The notes below the pieces were generated by a model, which was given only the letters and a program-made list of their open reading frames with translations, did no database searches and was not told the DNA's origin. Positions 30,625 to 40,223 of a stretch of 64,000 bases of DNA are shown in pieces; within the stretch, counting starts at the first letter, position 1; every line of letters begins with the position of its first letter. Source of the stretch: an uncultured Armatimonadetes bacterium. GTDB lineage: Bacteria; Armatimonadota; Hebobacteria; Hebobacterales; Hebobacteraceae. The stretch lies in assembly GCA_963716175.1 (NCBI GenBank), contig OY970296.1:2368001-2432000 (forward strand), written 5' to 3'. The translations under genes and the position numbers were made by a program.

Positions 30625-31881
30625 GTGCCGGACGGTGATTCTGGCTTCCCCTACATGACGGAGGCGCCCACGCGGTGGCCGGTGGCGTTGCGTTCTCTCC
30701 GCCATCGGGATTTTCGCCGGTTCTGGATCGGGCTCATCATGTCCGTCATCGGCACCTGGATGCAGAACGCAGCCCAGGGCTGGTTGGTCTACCAGCTCAC
30801 CAAGTCCGCGCTCTACCTCGGGTTCGTCGGGGCCTGCGGCTCTGTGCCGATTCTACTCCTGTCGCTGCCTGCCGGGGTTATCGCCGACCGCTTCAGCAAG
30901 CATCGGATCGTCTTCATCACCCAATCGCTGGCCGCGCTTCAGGCCGGGGTGCTGGCGCTGCTGGTATACACCAATGTCGTCCAGGTCTGGCACGTGATGG
31001 TGATGGCCGGGCTGCTCGGGGTGGTCAACGCGTTTGACATGCCGGCGCGGCAATCCATGGTGATGGACCTGGTCGAGCGCAAGGACATCTTCAACGCCGT
31101 CGCGCTGAACTCGTCGGCGTTCAACTCCGGCCGCGTGATCGGGCCCTCGGTGGCAGGGGTGTTGCTGGCAGCGGCCGGGATGGCCGGCTGCTTCTTCATC
31201 AACGCGCTCTCGTTTCTTCCTCTCATCGTGATCCTGGCCACCATTACCCCGCGCCCGCCGCGCCCTCGGATGGAAGGTTCTATGCTGGACCACATCGGGG
31301 GCGGGGTGCAGTGGGTGCGAAGCGAGCCGGTGGCCATGGCGCTGCTGGCGCTGACGGGGCTCTCCAGCCTCTTCGCCATGCCATACGCCACTTTGATGCC
31401 GCTGTTCGCGCAGGGGGTCTTCCACACCGGCCCGCGCGGGTACGGGCTGCTGATGTCGGCGCCGGCGGTAGGCTCCCTGCTCGCGGCCGGGACCATGACC
31501 GTGATCGGGCATCGCTTCCGCATCGGCGCCATCACCGTGCTCGGGTCCTTCGTGTTCCCGGTGGCGCTGGTCCTGTTCTCGCGTGCGCCGAGCTACTCCG
31601 TGGCGCTGGCATTCCTAGTCCTCATCGGGCTGGGGATGATGTCGTTCAACACTACCTCGAACACCATCCTTCAGAAATCACCACCTGACGAGCTGAGGGG
31701 CCGGGTGATGGGCTTGCGCGCGTTCGTCTTCGCGGGCATGGCGCCGGCGGGCAACCTTCAGATCGGGGTCATGGCCCAGTGGCTGGGTCCGAGGTGGGCG
31801 GTGGCCATTGACGGGCTGGTCTGTCTGGTCGCGGCGGCCGTGGCCTGGTGGCGCGCGCCCGCCCTGCGAACCGCTGAATAG
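30625..31881 (+). CDS. MFS transporter (MFS_3/DUF894-like)
   Basis: SLRHRDFRRFW, GTWMQ, AFDMPARQS, LRGRVM; about 12 TM helices. Confidence 0.92.
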   Translation: MPDGDSGFPYMTEAPTRWPVALRSLRHRDFRRFWIGLIMSVIGTWMQNAAQGWLVYQLTKSALYLGFVGACGSVPILLLSLPAGVIADRFSKHRIVFITQSLAALQAGVLALLVYTNVVQVWHVMVMAGLLGVVNAFDMPARQSMVMDLVERKDIFNAVALNSSAFNSGRVIGPSVAGVLLAAAGMAGCFFINALSFLPLIVILATITPRPPRPRMEGSMLDHIGGGVQWVRSEPVAMALLALTGLSSLFAMPYATLMPLFAQGVFHTGPRGYGLLMSAPAVGSLLAAGTMTVIGHRFRIGAITVLGSFVFPVALVLFSRAPSYSVALAFLVLIGLGMMSFNTTSNTILQKSPPDELRGRVMGLRAFVFAGMAPAGNLQIGVMAQWLGPRWAVAIDGLVCLVAAAVAWWRAPALRTAE

Positions 31882-31905
31882 CAATCGCTCCGGCCGCAGC
31901 CATCC

Positions 31906-32037
31906 CTAGAAGCTGTTTCATAGCCTTGCCAAGGGAGGTTATGAAACAGCCCTGCACAACGTCAGGCCGTGGCAGGCGCATTTCGTGCGAGAGCGTGGTG
32001 CGGCCAGCCAGCCGGTAGGTTATGGAATGCGCTCTAG
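31906..32037. mobile_element. MITE-like repeat, copy 1
   Basis: CTAG at both ends and imperfect inverted ends; 31943-32037 matches 56707-56801 (95 bp, about 5 mismatches). Confidence 0.75.
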
Positions 32038-32089
32038 AGGAAACGTCATTGGCAGGCGAGAACTCCACGCGGCGAAGTGATCGGTCTCC

Positions 32090-33034
32090 ATGCTGCGACC
32101 CACGTCAGACCAAGCCAGGGCTAAGGGTGACTGCGAGATCACTCGGCGGGAGTTCCTGACTGGGGCTGCTTCCGTCGGGCTCGCGGCGGCACTGCCGCCG
32201 GTCGCCGTGTGGGCCGCGCAGGAGCGATCGTCCACCCTGCCTGAAGGAGGAACTGACGTGCACATGCGGATAGATGCACACCTGCATGGCGACTTCTCCA
32301 AGCTCAAGGGCTCGCCGGCCGGCTATGTCGAGAAATGCCGGCGCCAGGGCATTGAGCGAGGCCTGCTGATTGGGGAGCCGAAGATGACCCTGGAAGCCTA
32401 CCGGGCGATGCCGGATTTCATCATCCCGGTGCCCAGGCTCGACATAGATAAGACCACGCCCAAGGAGATCGGCGAGGTGCTGGACGCCGGAGCACTCGGG
32501 ATCAAGTTCATTGATCCTCAGTTCTCCTACGGGGACACCCGCTACGATCCCCTGTATCAGGCCATCTCCGACAAGGGCAAAGTGGTGATGTTCCATACTG
32601 GCTACCTGGCCCGAACGAACGAGCCGCGACGGCCCACTGACATCACCCTGATGCGTCCCGCCGCGGTGGACTGCATGAGCAGACGCCACCCGGATCTGAA
32701 GATTCTGATGGCCCATTTCGGCAACCCGTGGTGGGAAGAGGCCTGGAAGATCCTGTGGTCGGTGCCCACCTGCTATGCCGAGCTGAGCGGAGGCACGGCC
32801 TACAAGCGCTCCATCTCCATGTGGGCCGAGATCTTCGCTCCCAACGGTGTGCTGGATGGGGAGAGCTTCGGCAAGTTGCTCTTCGCCACGGATATGAGTC
32901 TGTTCCGCGAGAAGGAGGGTTTCGAGCCCTACTTCGAGTTCTATGACAAGCTCTTCGACGCGGTCAAGGCCCCGCCGGAAATGCGGGCGCGGGTCAACCG
33001 CGGCAACGCGCTCAAGCTCTTCGCGCTGCAATGA
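32090..33034 (+). CDS. Amidohydrolase_2 family protein with Tat-like signal
   Basis: TRREFLTGAASVGLAAA, IDAHLH, FHTG, MAHFGNPW, LLFATD. Confidence 0.85.
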   Translation: MLRPTSDQARAKGDCEITRREFLTGAASVGLAAALPPVAVWAAQERSSTLPEGGTDVHMRIDAHLHGDFSKLKGSPAGYVEKCRRQGIERGLLIGEPKMTLEAYRAMPDFIIPVPRLDIDKTTPKEIGEVLDAGALGIKFIDPQFSYGDTRYDPLYQAISDKGKVVMFHTGYLARTNEPRRPTDITLMRPAAVDCMSRRHPDLKILMAHFGNPWWEEAWKILWSVPTCYAELSGGTAYKRSISMWAEIFAPNGVLDGESFGKLLFATDMSLFREKEGFEPYFEFYDKLFDAVKAPPEMRARVNRGNALKLFALQ

Positions 33035-33059
33035 AGCAGCATCGCACGGAGGAAGACCG

Positions 33060-33839
33060 ATGGTGATGCGAATCGACGCGCACGTGCACGGAGACTTCTC
33101 GAAGCTGAAGGGCACTCCTGCGGCCTATTCAGAGAAGTGCCGCCAGCAGGGGGTAGAGCGGGTGCTGCTGATCGCAGACCCGGAGTCAACGCTGACCGCC
33201 TACCGGGCAATGCCGGATTTCATCATCCCGGTGCCCTGGGTGGACATAGATAAGGTGACCGTGAACGAGATCAACGGCATCCTCGACCGCGGCGCCCTCG
33301 GCATCAAGTTCATTGACCCTCAGTTCTCTTACGGCGATACCCGGTATGACCCGCTCTATGCCGCCATTTCCGCCAAGGGCAAGGTGGCAATGTTCCACAC
33401 CGGGTATCTGGGTCGGGAGTTCGGCGCTCGGTCCCGGCCCACCGACATCACCTTCATGGCCCCCCCGGCCGTGGACTGCATGAGCCGCCGTCACCCCGAC
33501 CTGAGGATTCTGATGGCCCACTATGGCAACCCCTGGTGGGAGGAAGCCTGGAAGATCACCTGGTCGGTGCCCAACTGCTATGCCGAGCTCAGCGGCGGCA
33601 CCGCCTACAGGCGCTCCCCCTCGATGTGGCGGGAGATCTTCGCCCCCAATGGCGTGCTGGATGAGGAGAGCTTCAGCAAGCTCCTGTTCGGCAGCGACAT
33701 GAGCGTATTCGTGGAGGACGAGGGCTTCGAGCCCTACTTCGAGTTCTACGATTGGCTCTTCGATGCGGTCAGCGCCACCCCGGAGATGCGGGAGCTAGTC
33801 AACCACGGCAACGCCATCAAGCTGTTCGGGCTGGGGTGA
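33060..33839 (+). CDS. Amidohydrolase_2 family protein, tandem paralog of the previous gene
   Basis: MVMRIDAHVHGDFSKLKG..., long identical stretches shared with 32090-33034. Confidence 0.9.
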   Translation: MVMRIDAHVHGDFSKLKGTPAAYSEKCRQQGVERVLLIADPESTLTAYRAMPDFIIPVPWVDIDKVTVNEINGILDRGALGIKFIDPQFSYGDTRYDPLYAAISAKGKVAMFHTGYLGREFGARSRPTDITFMAPPAVDCMSRRHPDLRILMAHYGNPWWEEAWKITWSVPNCYAELSGGTAYRRSPSMWREIFAPNGVLDEESFSKLLFGSDMSVFVEDEGFEPYFEFYDWLFDAVSATPEMRELVNHGNAIKLFGLG

Positions 33840-33840
33840 G

Positions 33841-34794
33841 CTAGCCCTCACCGGAATGTGAGGCCGGTCCGGGTTGTGCGTCCCGAATGAGCACGGGCGT
33901 GCCCGAGTAGCTGGCCACGCCTTTGCGCGTCAGGATGCACCGCAGCAGCAGGCCGTGCCGGCCGCCATCGCCGGCCGGGTCGAAGACGAAGTTCCCCAGG
34001 CTGTAGGCGATCAGCCCGTGATGGTACCGCTCCACTGGCTGGGGGGTATGAGGGTGGTGGCCCAGCACCAGGCTGGCGCCGGCGTCAATCAGCCGGTGGG
34101 CGATGCGCCGCTGCTCCTCCTGGGGCTGGCGGGCGTACTCGATGCCCCAATGTAGGCTGACGATGACGATGTCGGATTGCTGCCGCGCGGCGTGGACCTC
34201 CCCGTTGATCCGGTTGGGATCATAGACCGCGACGGTGGGCGCGTCCTCGCGATAGATGATGCCTTCAGGGAGGATGAAGGTGCGGGCGAGGATGGCTATC
34301 CGCAGGCCGTTGCGCTCGATCAACAGCGGAGCCGCGGCCTCCGGCGCGTCCCTCCCTGCGCCTACTGACAGCAGGCCGCAAGTTCTCAGCGCGTTCAGGC
34401 TTTCGGGCAGGGCCTCGCGGCCGCAGTCGAGGCTGTGGTTGTTAGCCAGGATGGCGACGCCGAAGCCAGCGTGCCTCAGCCCATCGGCGGCCGCGGGATC
34501 GGCCTTGAAGGAGAAGCGCTTGCTGATGGGCACGCCGTCTCTGGAGAGAGCGCATTCCAGGTTGGCGAGGGCCAGGTCGGCCGAGCAGATGAGGCGGCGG
34601 ACGCGGGCGAACGGATAGTCAATCCCGTGTCTTGCGATCGCTTGGCCCACACCCCGGCCGAGCTGTACATCACCTACCGCGACGATAGTGACCGACGGCC
34701 TCGCCGCCTGTCGCTTGGCAGCCTCGCACTCAGTCGGCTGGCCGGGCGCAAGTGACGCCAGGGCGAGCGCGATAGCCAGCCGGCGAATCAGCAC
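33841..34794 (-). CDS. CapA (PGA_cap) metallophosphatase-family protein
   Basis: AVGDV, ANLE, LANNHSLD, SLHWG, GHHPH, YSLGNF. Confidence 0.92.
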   Translation of the reverse strand: MLIRRLAIALALASLAPGQPTECEAAKRQAARPSVTIVAVGDVQLGRGVGQAIARHGIDYPFARVRRLICSADLALANLECALSRDGVPISKRFSFKADPAAADGLRHAGFGVAILANNHSLDCGREALPESLNALRTCGLLSVGAGRDAPEAAAPLLIERNGLRIAILARTFILPEGIIYREDAPTVAVYDPNRINGEVHAARQQSDIVIVSLHWGIEYARQPQEEQRRIAHRLIDAGASLVLGHHPHTPQPVERYHHGLIAYSLGNFVFDPAGDGGRHGLLLRCILTRKGVASYSGTPVLIRDAQPGPASHSGEG

Positions 34795-36956
34795 GAACCG
34801 CTGCCGCTCTCATCGGTCCGGGGCCATTTCGGCACCGGGATCTCCGGTTTCGGGTCAGCCATGAAGCTGGAGGTCCAGGAGGGCGGTTTGGGCGCTTTCT
34901 CATTCGACAGCATATCCTGCCAGCTATCGTCCGTCAGCCGGTCGCCGATCGGCTGGGGAAACTCGTAGTAGGAGAATACCGTGCCATGGGTGAGATAGAG
35001 CTTCCCACCGATCGGGACCACTACGAATATCTCGTTCGCGGGGCCCACCGCCTCCTCCAGGCACTGCTCGGTGCGCAGGTCGCTGTGCACATCTGCGATC
35101 ACCGCCATATCCGAGTCGGATTGGCTGATGAGTGCGCCCGACTTGCCCCCAATCGCCGATGTGACCTGGTTGAAGAGATTGTGAAGCTCCGCCCCCAGCA
35201 GGCGAATCTGATCGTACTCGGCGGCCTTCAAGCGGCGGTTGGCCAGCTCCTTGAGCGAGACCCGCTCAAGGAAGGTGAGCAGATCCTCCATGCGCCCAAA
35301 GGAGTCGTCGAGTTCCCGGGTCATGAGAGCGCGATGGCGCAGACCCGCGCGGGTGGCCTTGGTGAGCCACAGCAAACGGTGATAAACCTCGACCGCGGGT
35401 TCCACGTATCCTTTGGGCACCGGGGGCTGGGGGCCGACCTCGTGTCCGTCACCGCACTCCGCCGCCACGCTCTGCTTGGCATAGAGGATGGTGTCGTGGC
35501 GCAGCTCGGACCAGTTCGCCAGCCCTGAGTTCAACTGCTTGTCCAGCCAGGCCTGGGTGCGCATGAAAGAGGGGTAGCCGTCGCCCACCGGCTCGACCAA
35601 GCCTTTCAGTGTCCACAGCCATCCCCAGTAGAGGTTGCTCCGCCAGTCCTGCTCGCGCTTCGCGGAGAGCTCGGCCTTCAGCTTTCCCATCTGCTGGGTA
35701 TAGTTCGCGTGCTTCGTCTCGCCCAGCTGATCCAGTATCTTGCCGGCGCGCTGGGACCCGAGGGCGGCGAAGACATCCAGGCCCATGGGCATCCTGCGCT
35801 GGTGCTGTTCAGTGCCGACATTGCTCCACACCAATTGCTGCAGCCAGTAGGCGTCCGGAACCGCCCGCTGGCCCATGAAGCGGAACTGGGGCCCGGTGGG
35901 GATGTCCAGAATCGGCTGGGGAGCTTGAGGAGCGAAGGTCGCGATCCGTGGGGTGCGCATCGCCATCGCGACCTGATGGAAGGAGTCCAGCTTTGGCTTT
36001 CCCGCTAGCTCGGCCGGATGCGGGAGATGGCCCCACACCTTCTCCGCGGCCGACAGCCAGTCCGCCGGGGTGAGGTCATCCGTGGTTTCCACGTAGAAAA
36101 CAGTTGGCTCGTAGATGCGGTCCCAGACGCGGATTGCAGGCCTGCCGTCCAGCTTGGTCTCGTAGAGAACGCGGGCGATGAGCAGAGACTGCCGGATCTG
36201 CTCGTAGGCCACTCTGGGGGGCGTCGCTCTCTCCGGCCACTCCAGCGCGAAAGGCAGCAGGCCGTACCACGTCATTGCCATGAAGTAGTGCTTCAGATCC
36301 GCACCCCCCGCGTAGTGGCCCCTGGGCACGAACTGGGAGAAGTCAACCTGGTAGGGGAAAATGTGCGACGGTCTGCGCCCTGCGTGAGCGGAGATCTCCT
36401 TCCATTCCTCGGCCACCATCCGTTCCGCGGCGGCCGGCAGGCGGCCGGGGATCAGGCCCAGCACCTTGGCTGCCACCGCGAAGTAGGCGACGTTCCTCAG
36501 CGCCGCGTCTCTGGTGTTTCCGGGAGCGAGGTGATTGTAGGTCGAGCGCGATTCCCGCAGCATGTGCTTGGTCAGCCTGCGCAGCAGCGGATTGAGTTTC
36601 TCTGCCTCCACGTGGCGCAAGCTGTAGTCATAGAAGATGTGGTAGAGCTGGAGCACCGAGTCCGAAGCCACGAAGTTGGGGATGACTTTGTAGTCGTTCT
36701 GCTCATACACGAAGAACAGTTGCCCGTCGTCGCCCGGCGCCACGAAGAAACTCTGTCTGGCCAACAGGGATTCCTGGAGCTTGGTGAACTTGCCATACTG
36801 GTTGAGATTGGTCACGTTGCTCAGGTCCGCCTTCACCTGATAGGGCGGCACTCTGGCCTCGATCTTGAGTGGCTGATAGGGCGGTACCTGGAAGGCGCCC
36901 GATGCCCGGTGCGGCAGCGCCAGCAGGACCACAGACACAAGCAGAAGGCGCTTCAT
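34788..36956 (-). CDS. DUF3160 domain exported protein
   Basis: DFSQFVPRGHY, YFMAMTWYG, WSELRHDTILYAKQ, GYVEP, SYYEF, RLTDDSWQ. Confidence 0.88.
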   Translation of the reverse strand: MKRLLLVSVVLLALPHRASGAFQVPPYQPLKIEARVPPYQVKADLSNVTNLNQYGKFTKLQESLLARQSFFVAPGDDGQLFFVYEQNDYKVIPNFVASDSVLQLYHIFYDYSLRHVEAEKLNPLLRRLTKHMLRESRSTYNHLAPGNTRDAALRNVAYFAVAAKVLGLIPGRLPAAAERMVAEEWKEISAHAGRRPSHIFPYQVDFSQFVPRGHYAGGADLKHYFMAMTWYGLLPFALEWPERATPPRVAYEQIRQSLLIARVLYETKLDGRPAIRVWDRIYEPTVFYVETTDDLTPADWLSAAEKVWGHLPHPAELAGKPKLDSFHQVAMAMRTPRIATFAPQAPQPILDIPTGPQFRFMGQRAVPDAYWLQQLVWSNVGTEQHQRRMPMGLDVFAALGSQRAGKILDQLGETKHANYTQQMGKLKAELSAKREQDWRSNLYWGWLWTLKGLVEPVGDGYPSFMRTQAWLDKQLNSGLANWSELRHDTILYAKQSVAAECGDGHEVGPQPPVPKGYVEPAVEVYHRLLWLTKATRAGLRHRALMTRELDDSFGRMEDLLTFLERVSLKELANRRLKAAEYDQIRLLGAELHNLFNQVTSAIGGKSGALISQSDSDMAVIADVHSDLRTEQCLEEAVGPANEIFVVVPIGGKLYLTHGTVFSYYEFPQPIGDRLTDDSWQDMLSNEKAPKPPSWTSSFMADPKPEIPVPKWPRTDESGSGSC

Positions 36957-37585
36957 CTCTTCCCCTCCCGGAAAAGGCTGGCGACGGGGACATAGCCGCC
37001 GTCGCGAAAGACATAGGTCAGTCTCCGTCCGCCGACAGAGACCGAGATCTCATCGCTGCCGCTGTTGCCGTCCTCCACCTTCAGCCCGGAGGCTGGTGGC
37101 CCCGGCTTGCCCGTCCATTCCCCCCAGAAGCCGAAGCCGGCCCAGTGATAGAGTGTGAGGCCGGTGCGGTGCGCCCCGAAGTCTTCGAGGGTGAGCAGTC
37201 GAACGCCTGTCGGAGTCTGCACCAGCGCCGCCTCCAGCAGGCGCCGGCCCACCCGCGAGCCGAGCCATTTCGGAACCCAGCGGCTTTCCTTGAGAGTGAA
37301 AAGGAAGGGACGCCAGCCTGGCTTCGGGTCGTAGCGCGTGGACTTGTAGACCAGCACCAGCAGATCGAGGCAGCCATCGCCGTCCACGTCGGCCGCCGAG
37401 GCCATCTTGCCCCGGTGTCGGTACAGGAATTCCGGGCCCACGGCTTGACGCGTGCCCGCAGTCAGCCGGTAGACCCTCGCCCGCACCGGAGGCCCGGGCG
37501 TTAGCTCACAGAGGTACCGCCCTGGCTCCGCCCACCCGGCCCGCACCAGCAGCAGAAGCAGCGAGATTACCCATGTGGATCTCAC
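36953..37585 (-). CDS. Hypothetical exported protein with FG-GAP-like motif
   Basis: ADVDGDGCLDL, PKWLGSR; ATGA overlap with the DUF3160 gene. Confidence 0.7.
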   Translation of the reverse strand: MRSTWVISLLLLLVRAGWAEPGRYLCELTPGPPVRARVYRLTAGTRQAVGPEFLYRHRGKMASAADVDGDGCLDLLVLVYKSTRYDPKPGWRPFLFTLKESRWVPKWLGSRVGRRLLEAALVQTPTGVRLLTLEDFGAHRTGLTLYHWAGFGFWGEWTGKPGPPASGLKVEDGNSGSDEISVSVGGRRLTYVFRDGGYVPVASLFREGKR

Positions 37586-37663
37586 GCTGGCAGGGTTCCC
37601 TCTCAGGTTCGGAACTCCTGTAGCCCTGGGTTGCGGGGAGCGGTCTCCCCGCCGCGCCCCTCC

Positions 37664-38320
37664 TCAGGTAGTGCGATCTTCGGCGGCTTTCTCGAGGTAA
37701 TGGCTCACCTCCGCGTCTGACATCTCGGAGAAATCCTCGTAGAAGGAGGCCACCGCGAAGGGATGCCAGTCCGAGACGTGGAGCACGACGACCCAATCCG
37801 ACACGTGCTCAACCTCTGCCAGGGAGCTGCGGGGAGAAACGGGGACTGCTATCACCACCTCCTTGGGTCGCTGCTTCCGGACGGCTAGCGCGGCCGCGAT
37901 CATGGTATAGCCAGTCGCGAGTCCATCATCCACCAAGATCACGACCCGGTCGGTCAGCGCCGGCTCCGGGCGCTGACCCCGGTAGGCGGCCTGGCGGCGC
38001 TGCACCTCTCGCAGCACCCGGCGCGCGATCGCCTCGATCTCCGACGGCGAGAGCTGGAGCGCTTGCACCATCTCCTCATTCAGCACCCGCGTGCCGTCCG
38101 GCATGATCGCCCCAAAGCCGGCCTCCGGGCTCCACGGGATGGGCAGCTTGCGCGGCACGATCACGTCGAGTGGGCAGGCCAGTGCCTGGCTGATCTCGTA
38201 GCCGACGGGCACCCCGCCGCGGGGGATGCCGAGCACGATGCAGTCCCGCCCCTCGTAGGCCGCTAACCGCTGGGCCAGCAGCCTGCCGGCCTCTCGCCGG
38301 TCCCTGAAGATGGTTTGCAT
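37664..38320 (-). CDS. Phosphoribosyltransferase family protein
   Basis: FRDRREAGRLLA, GIPRGGVPV, PRPP loop ILVDDGLATG. Confidence 0.92.
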   Translation of the reverse strand: MQTIFRDRREAGRLLAQRLAAYEGRDCIVLGIPRGGVPVGYEISQALACPLDVIVPRKLPIPWSPEAGFGAIMPDGTRVLNEEMVQALQLSPSEIEAIARRVLREVQRRQAAYRGQRPEPALTDRVVILVDDGLATGYTMIAAALAVRKQRPKEVVIAVPVSPRSSLAEVEHVSDWVVVLHVSDWHPFAVASFYEDFSEMSDAEVSHYLEKAAEDRTT

Positions 38321-38495
38321 GGCAACCTGTCGCAGGAGGCAAGTGCCTAGGCCGTCTGGGCCGCTGGCTAAGCCGGCAGAGCCGGCCGCCATCCCGGCCC
38401 TATCGGGCCTAGGGACACCCCGGCCCGCCGTAAGCGGGCCCAGGGGGTCCTGCCCAACGGACGTGGCTCGCCGGCCCAAGCGAACGCGATCCCGC

Positions 38496-38825
38496 TCAGC
38501 TCTCTCGGATATGGAGCGCCTGCTGCGCCAGCTTCGTCTTGACCGATTCCACCTTGTATTTCATGGTGAGCTCTTTGTCGCGTCGGTCGTCCAGCTTGAT
38601 GATGGTCAGGACGCGGGGATAACCGAGGTCGAAGCACACCTCATGCATCTCCCACGCCACGCGGAAGAGCGTGTCCAGGTCGCCTTCGATGGTAGTGCCC
38701 ATGGAGTTCAGCTCGTAGTTGACCCCGTGCTTCTCCGCGATCTTCAGCATCTCCACCACCGTGTCCCCGAGGCTGCTGCCGGCTTTCCCGGTGGGCAGCA
38801 CATCAATCTCCATGATCGGCGGCAT
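38496..38825 (-). CDS. MTH1187/thiamine-binding family protein
   Basis: YELNSMGTTIEG, RVLTIIKLDDRRDK. Confidence 0.9.
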   Translation of the reverse strand: MPPIMEIDVLPTGKAGSSLGDTVVEMLKIAEKHGVNYELNSMGTTIEGDLDTLFRVAWEMHEVCFDLGYPRVLTIIKLDDRRDKELTMKYKVESVKTKLAQQALHIRES

Positions 38826-39185
38826 CTACCTCTCCTTTTCCATCACCTCAGGTCGCACTCGGCTCGACTGCAAGGGATAGCCCGCTGCCTTCCAATCCGC
38901 CAATCCCCCTTCGAAGTCAACCACCCGGGTGAAGCCCAGCTCCTCCAGCCTGCGCGCCGCGGCCGGGCTGGCCTGGCACTCGAGACTGGCGCAGTAGACC
39001 ACGATCTCCTTGTCCTTCGGGAACGCCGCGGTTGAGGTGGCATCTATCCGGAAAAGGGGGAGGTTGATCGCCCCCGGAAGGTGCTCGCGCTGATAGGACT
39101 CGGCCGAGAGCACGTCAAGCAGCAGGAAGTCTTCCTTCGCCTCCATCTTCTCCTTGAGGGCCTCCCGCGTGATGGTTGTAGCCAT
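38826..39185 (-). CDS. Rhodanese-like domain protein
   Basis: HLPGAINLP, IVVYCASLEC, FEGGLADW; GAGGA RBS before ATG 39185. Confidence 0.9.
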   Translation of the reverse strand: MATTITREALKEKMEAKEDFLLLDVLSAESYQREHLPGAINLPLFRIDATSTAAFPKDKEIVVYCASLECQASPAAARRLEELGFTRVVDFEGGLADWKAAGYPLQSSRVRPEVMEKER

Positions 39186-39318
39186 GTCTGTTCCTCCTCT
39201 CTGGCAGACTGGTGTGCCACCCCGCAACCACTGTGGGTCCCATTCCGCCTGTCTCCTCTTCTCCGCGGCCGGAGTAGCGCCGGTCGGTTATATTGACATC
39301 ACCAGCACGAGTGCGGAG

Positions 39319-39359
39319 AAAAACGGACAAGGCCGAGAGCCGGCTTGCTCTCGGCCTTG
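39319..39359 (-). terminator. Probable terminator after the encapsulin gene
   Basis: 13-bp stem CAAGGCCGAGAGC/GCTCTCGGCCTTG followed closely by a T-run on the minus strand. Confidence 0.65.
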
Positions 39360-39391
39360 CCACCTGCTGTTCTCGAGGCGATTTCTCCGCG

Positions 39392-40222
39392 CTACTTGCT
39401 TCGGCCCGTCTCCAGCACGCAGATCGCCTGCGGCACGGTGATCCTGGGAGAGAGGCTCTCCAGAATCACGAACTGGTAGCTGGCAGCGGTAGGGCCGACG
39501 AAGGCCGGGGTCATGTCCTGGGCCAGCACCAAAGAGGCGAAGTGGCGCTCGGAGGCGAGCACCACGCCCCCGGAGGCGAGCGTCGGCGCCTTCACCAGCC
39601 CGGCGCTGATCACCTGGCGAGCGTGTTCGAGCTGGGTGCGAAAGCCCCGCTCGTAGAGGCGGAAGAGGCTGTTGTAGAGGGCAGGGGCCAGGGCCGCGGT
39701 GTATGGTCCTGGGAACCCGGCCGCGTCGAGCGCATTCACCGCCTTGATCAGGTCGTCTACGGGCTGCCCCAGTTGTGCCCAATCTCCCAGCCCCACCTTG
39801 GAGACCCCGGGGGCGGTGAGAAGACCTGCAATGCCCAGGTCTCGGTTGCCCTGGAAGATGAGCGTGTCCTCCAGCCGCGCGCAGGCGATGGCCGCCCTGG
39901 CGGGAGTGTCGAGGTCGAGCAAGCTGCCCCGCTCCTCTGCCGCGGCGACCTCGCGCACCGCCAGCGTGAACTCGGAGTAGATGAGCGGAATGGGGCTGGT
40001 CTGGGGCGCGCTCATGCTGGCGCGAGCATCACCGAAGCTCGCCTCTGCCGCCACCGGTCGTTCTTCATGATCCAGCGAGCGGGTGCCGAAGCCGAAGGGC
40101 CCATAGATGTCCAGCAGCCGCCGGCCGGCGAGCTCCATCTTCGCCGGGCCGATCACGGCCTGGTCAATCATCTCCCACACTCTGTCGCTGATAGGGGCCG
40201 CCTCCCGTGGCAGATACCGCAT
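39392..40222 (-). CDS. Family 1 encapsulin shell protein (Linocin M18 family)
   Basis: MRYLPREAAPIS...W, LAGRRLLDIYGPFGFG, ARLEDTLIFQG, FPGPY; about 276 aa, directly after a cargo gene. Confidence 0.92.
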   Translation of the reverse strand: MRYLPREAAPISDRVWEMIDQAVIGPAKMELAGRRLLDIYGPFGFGTRSLDHEERPVAAEASFGDARASMSAPQTSPIPLIYSEFTLAVREVAAAEERGSLLDLDTPARAAIACARLEDTLIFQGNRDLGIAGLLTAPGVSKVGLGDWAQLGQPVDDLIKAVNALDAAGFPGPYTAALAPALYNSLFRLYERGFRTQLEHARQVISAGLVKAPTLASGGVVLASERHFASLVLAQDMTPAFVGPTAASYQFVILESLSPRITVPQAICVLETGRSK

Positions 40223-40223
40223 C

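Noticed and set aside
38496-39185. Rhodanese or MTH1187 protein as encapsulin cargo
   Set aside because: No IGSL-like targeting peptide, and a terminator separates them from the shell gene
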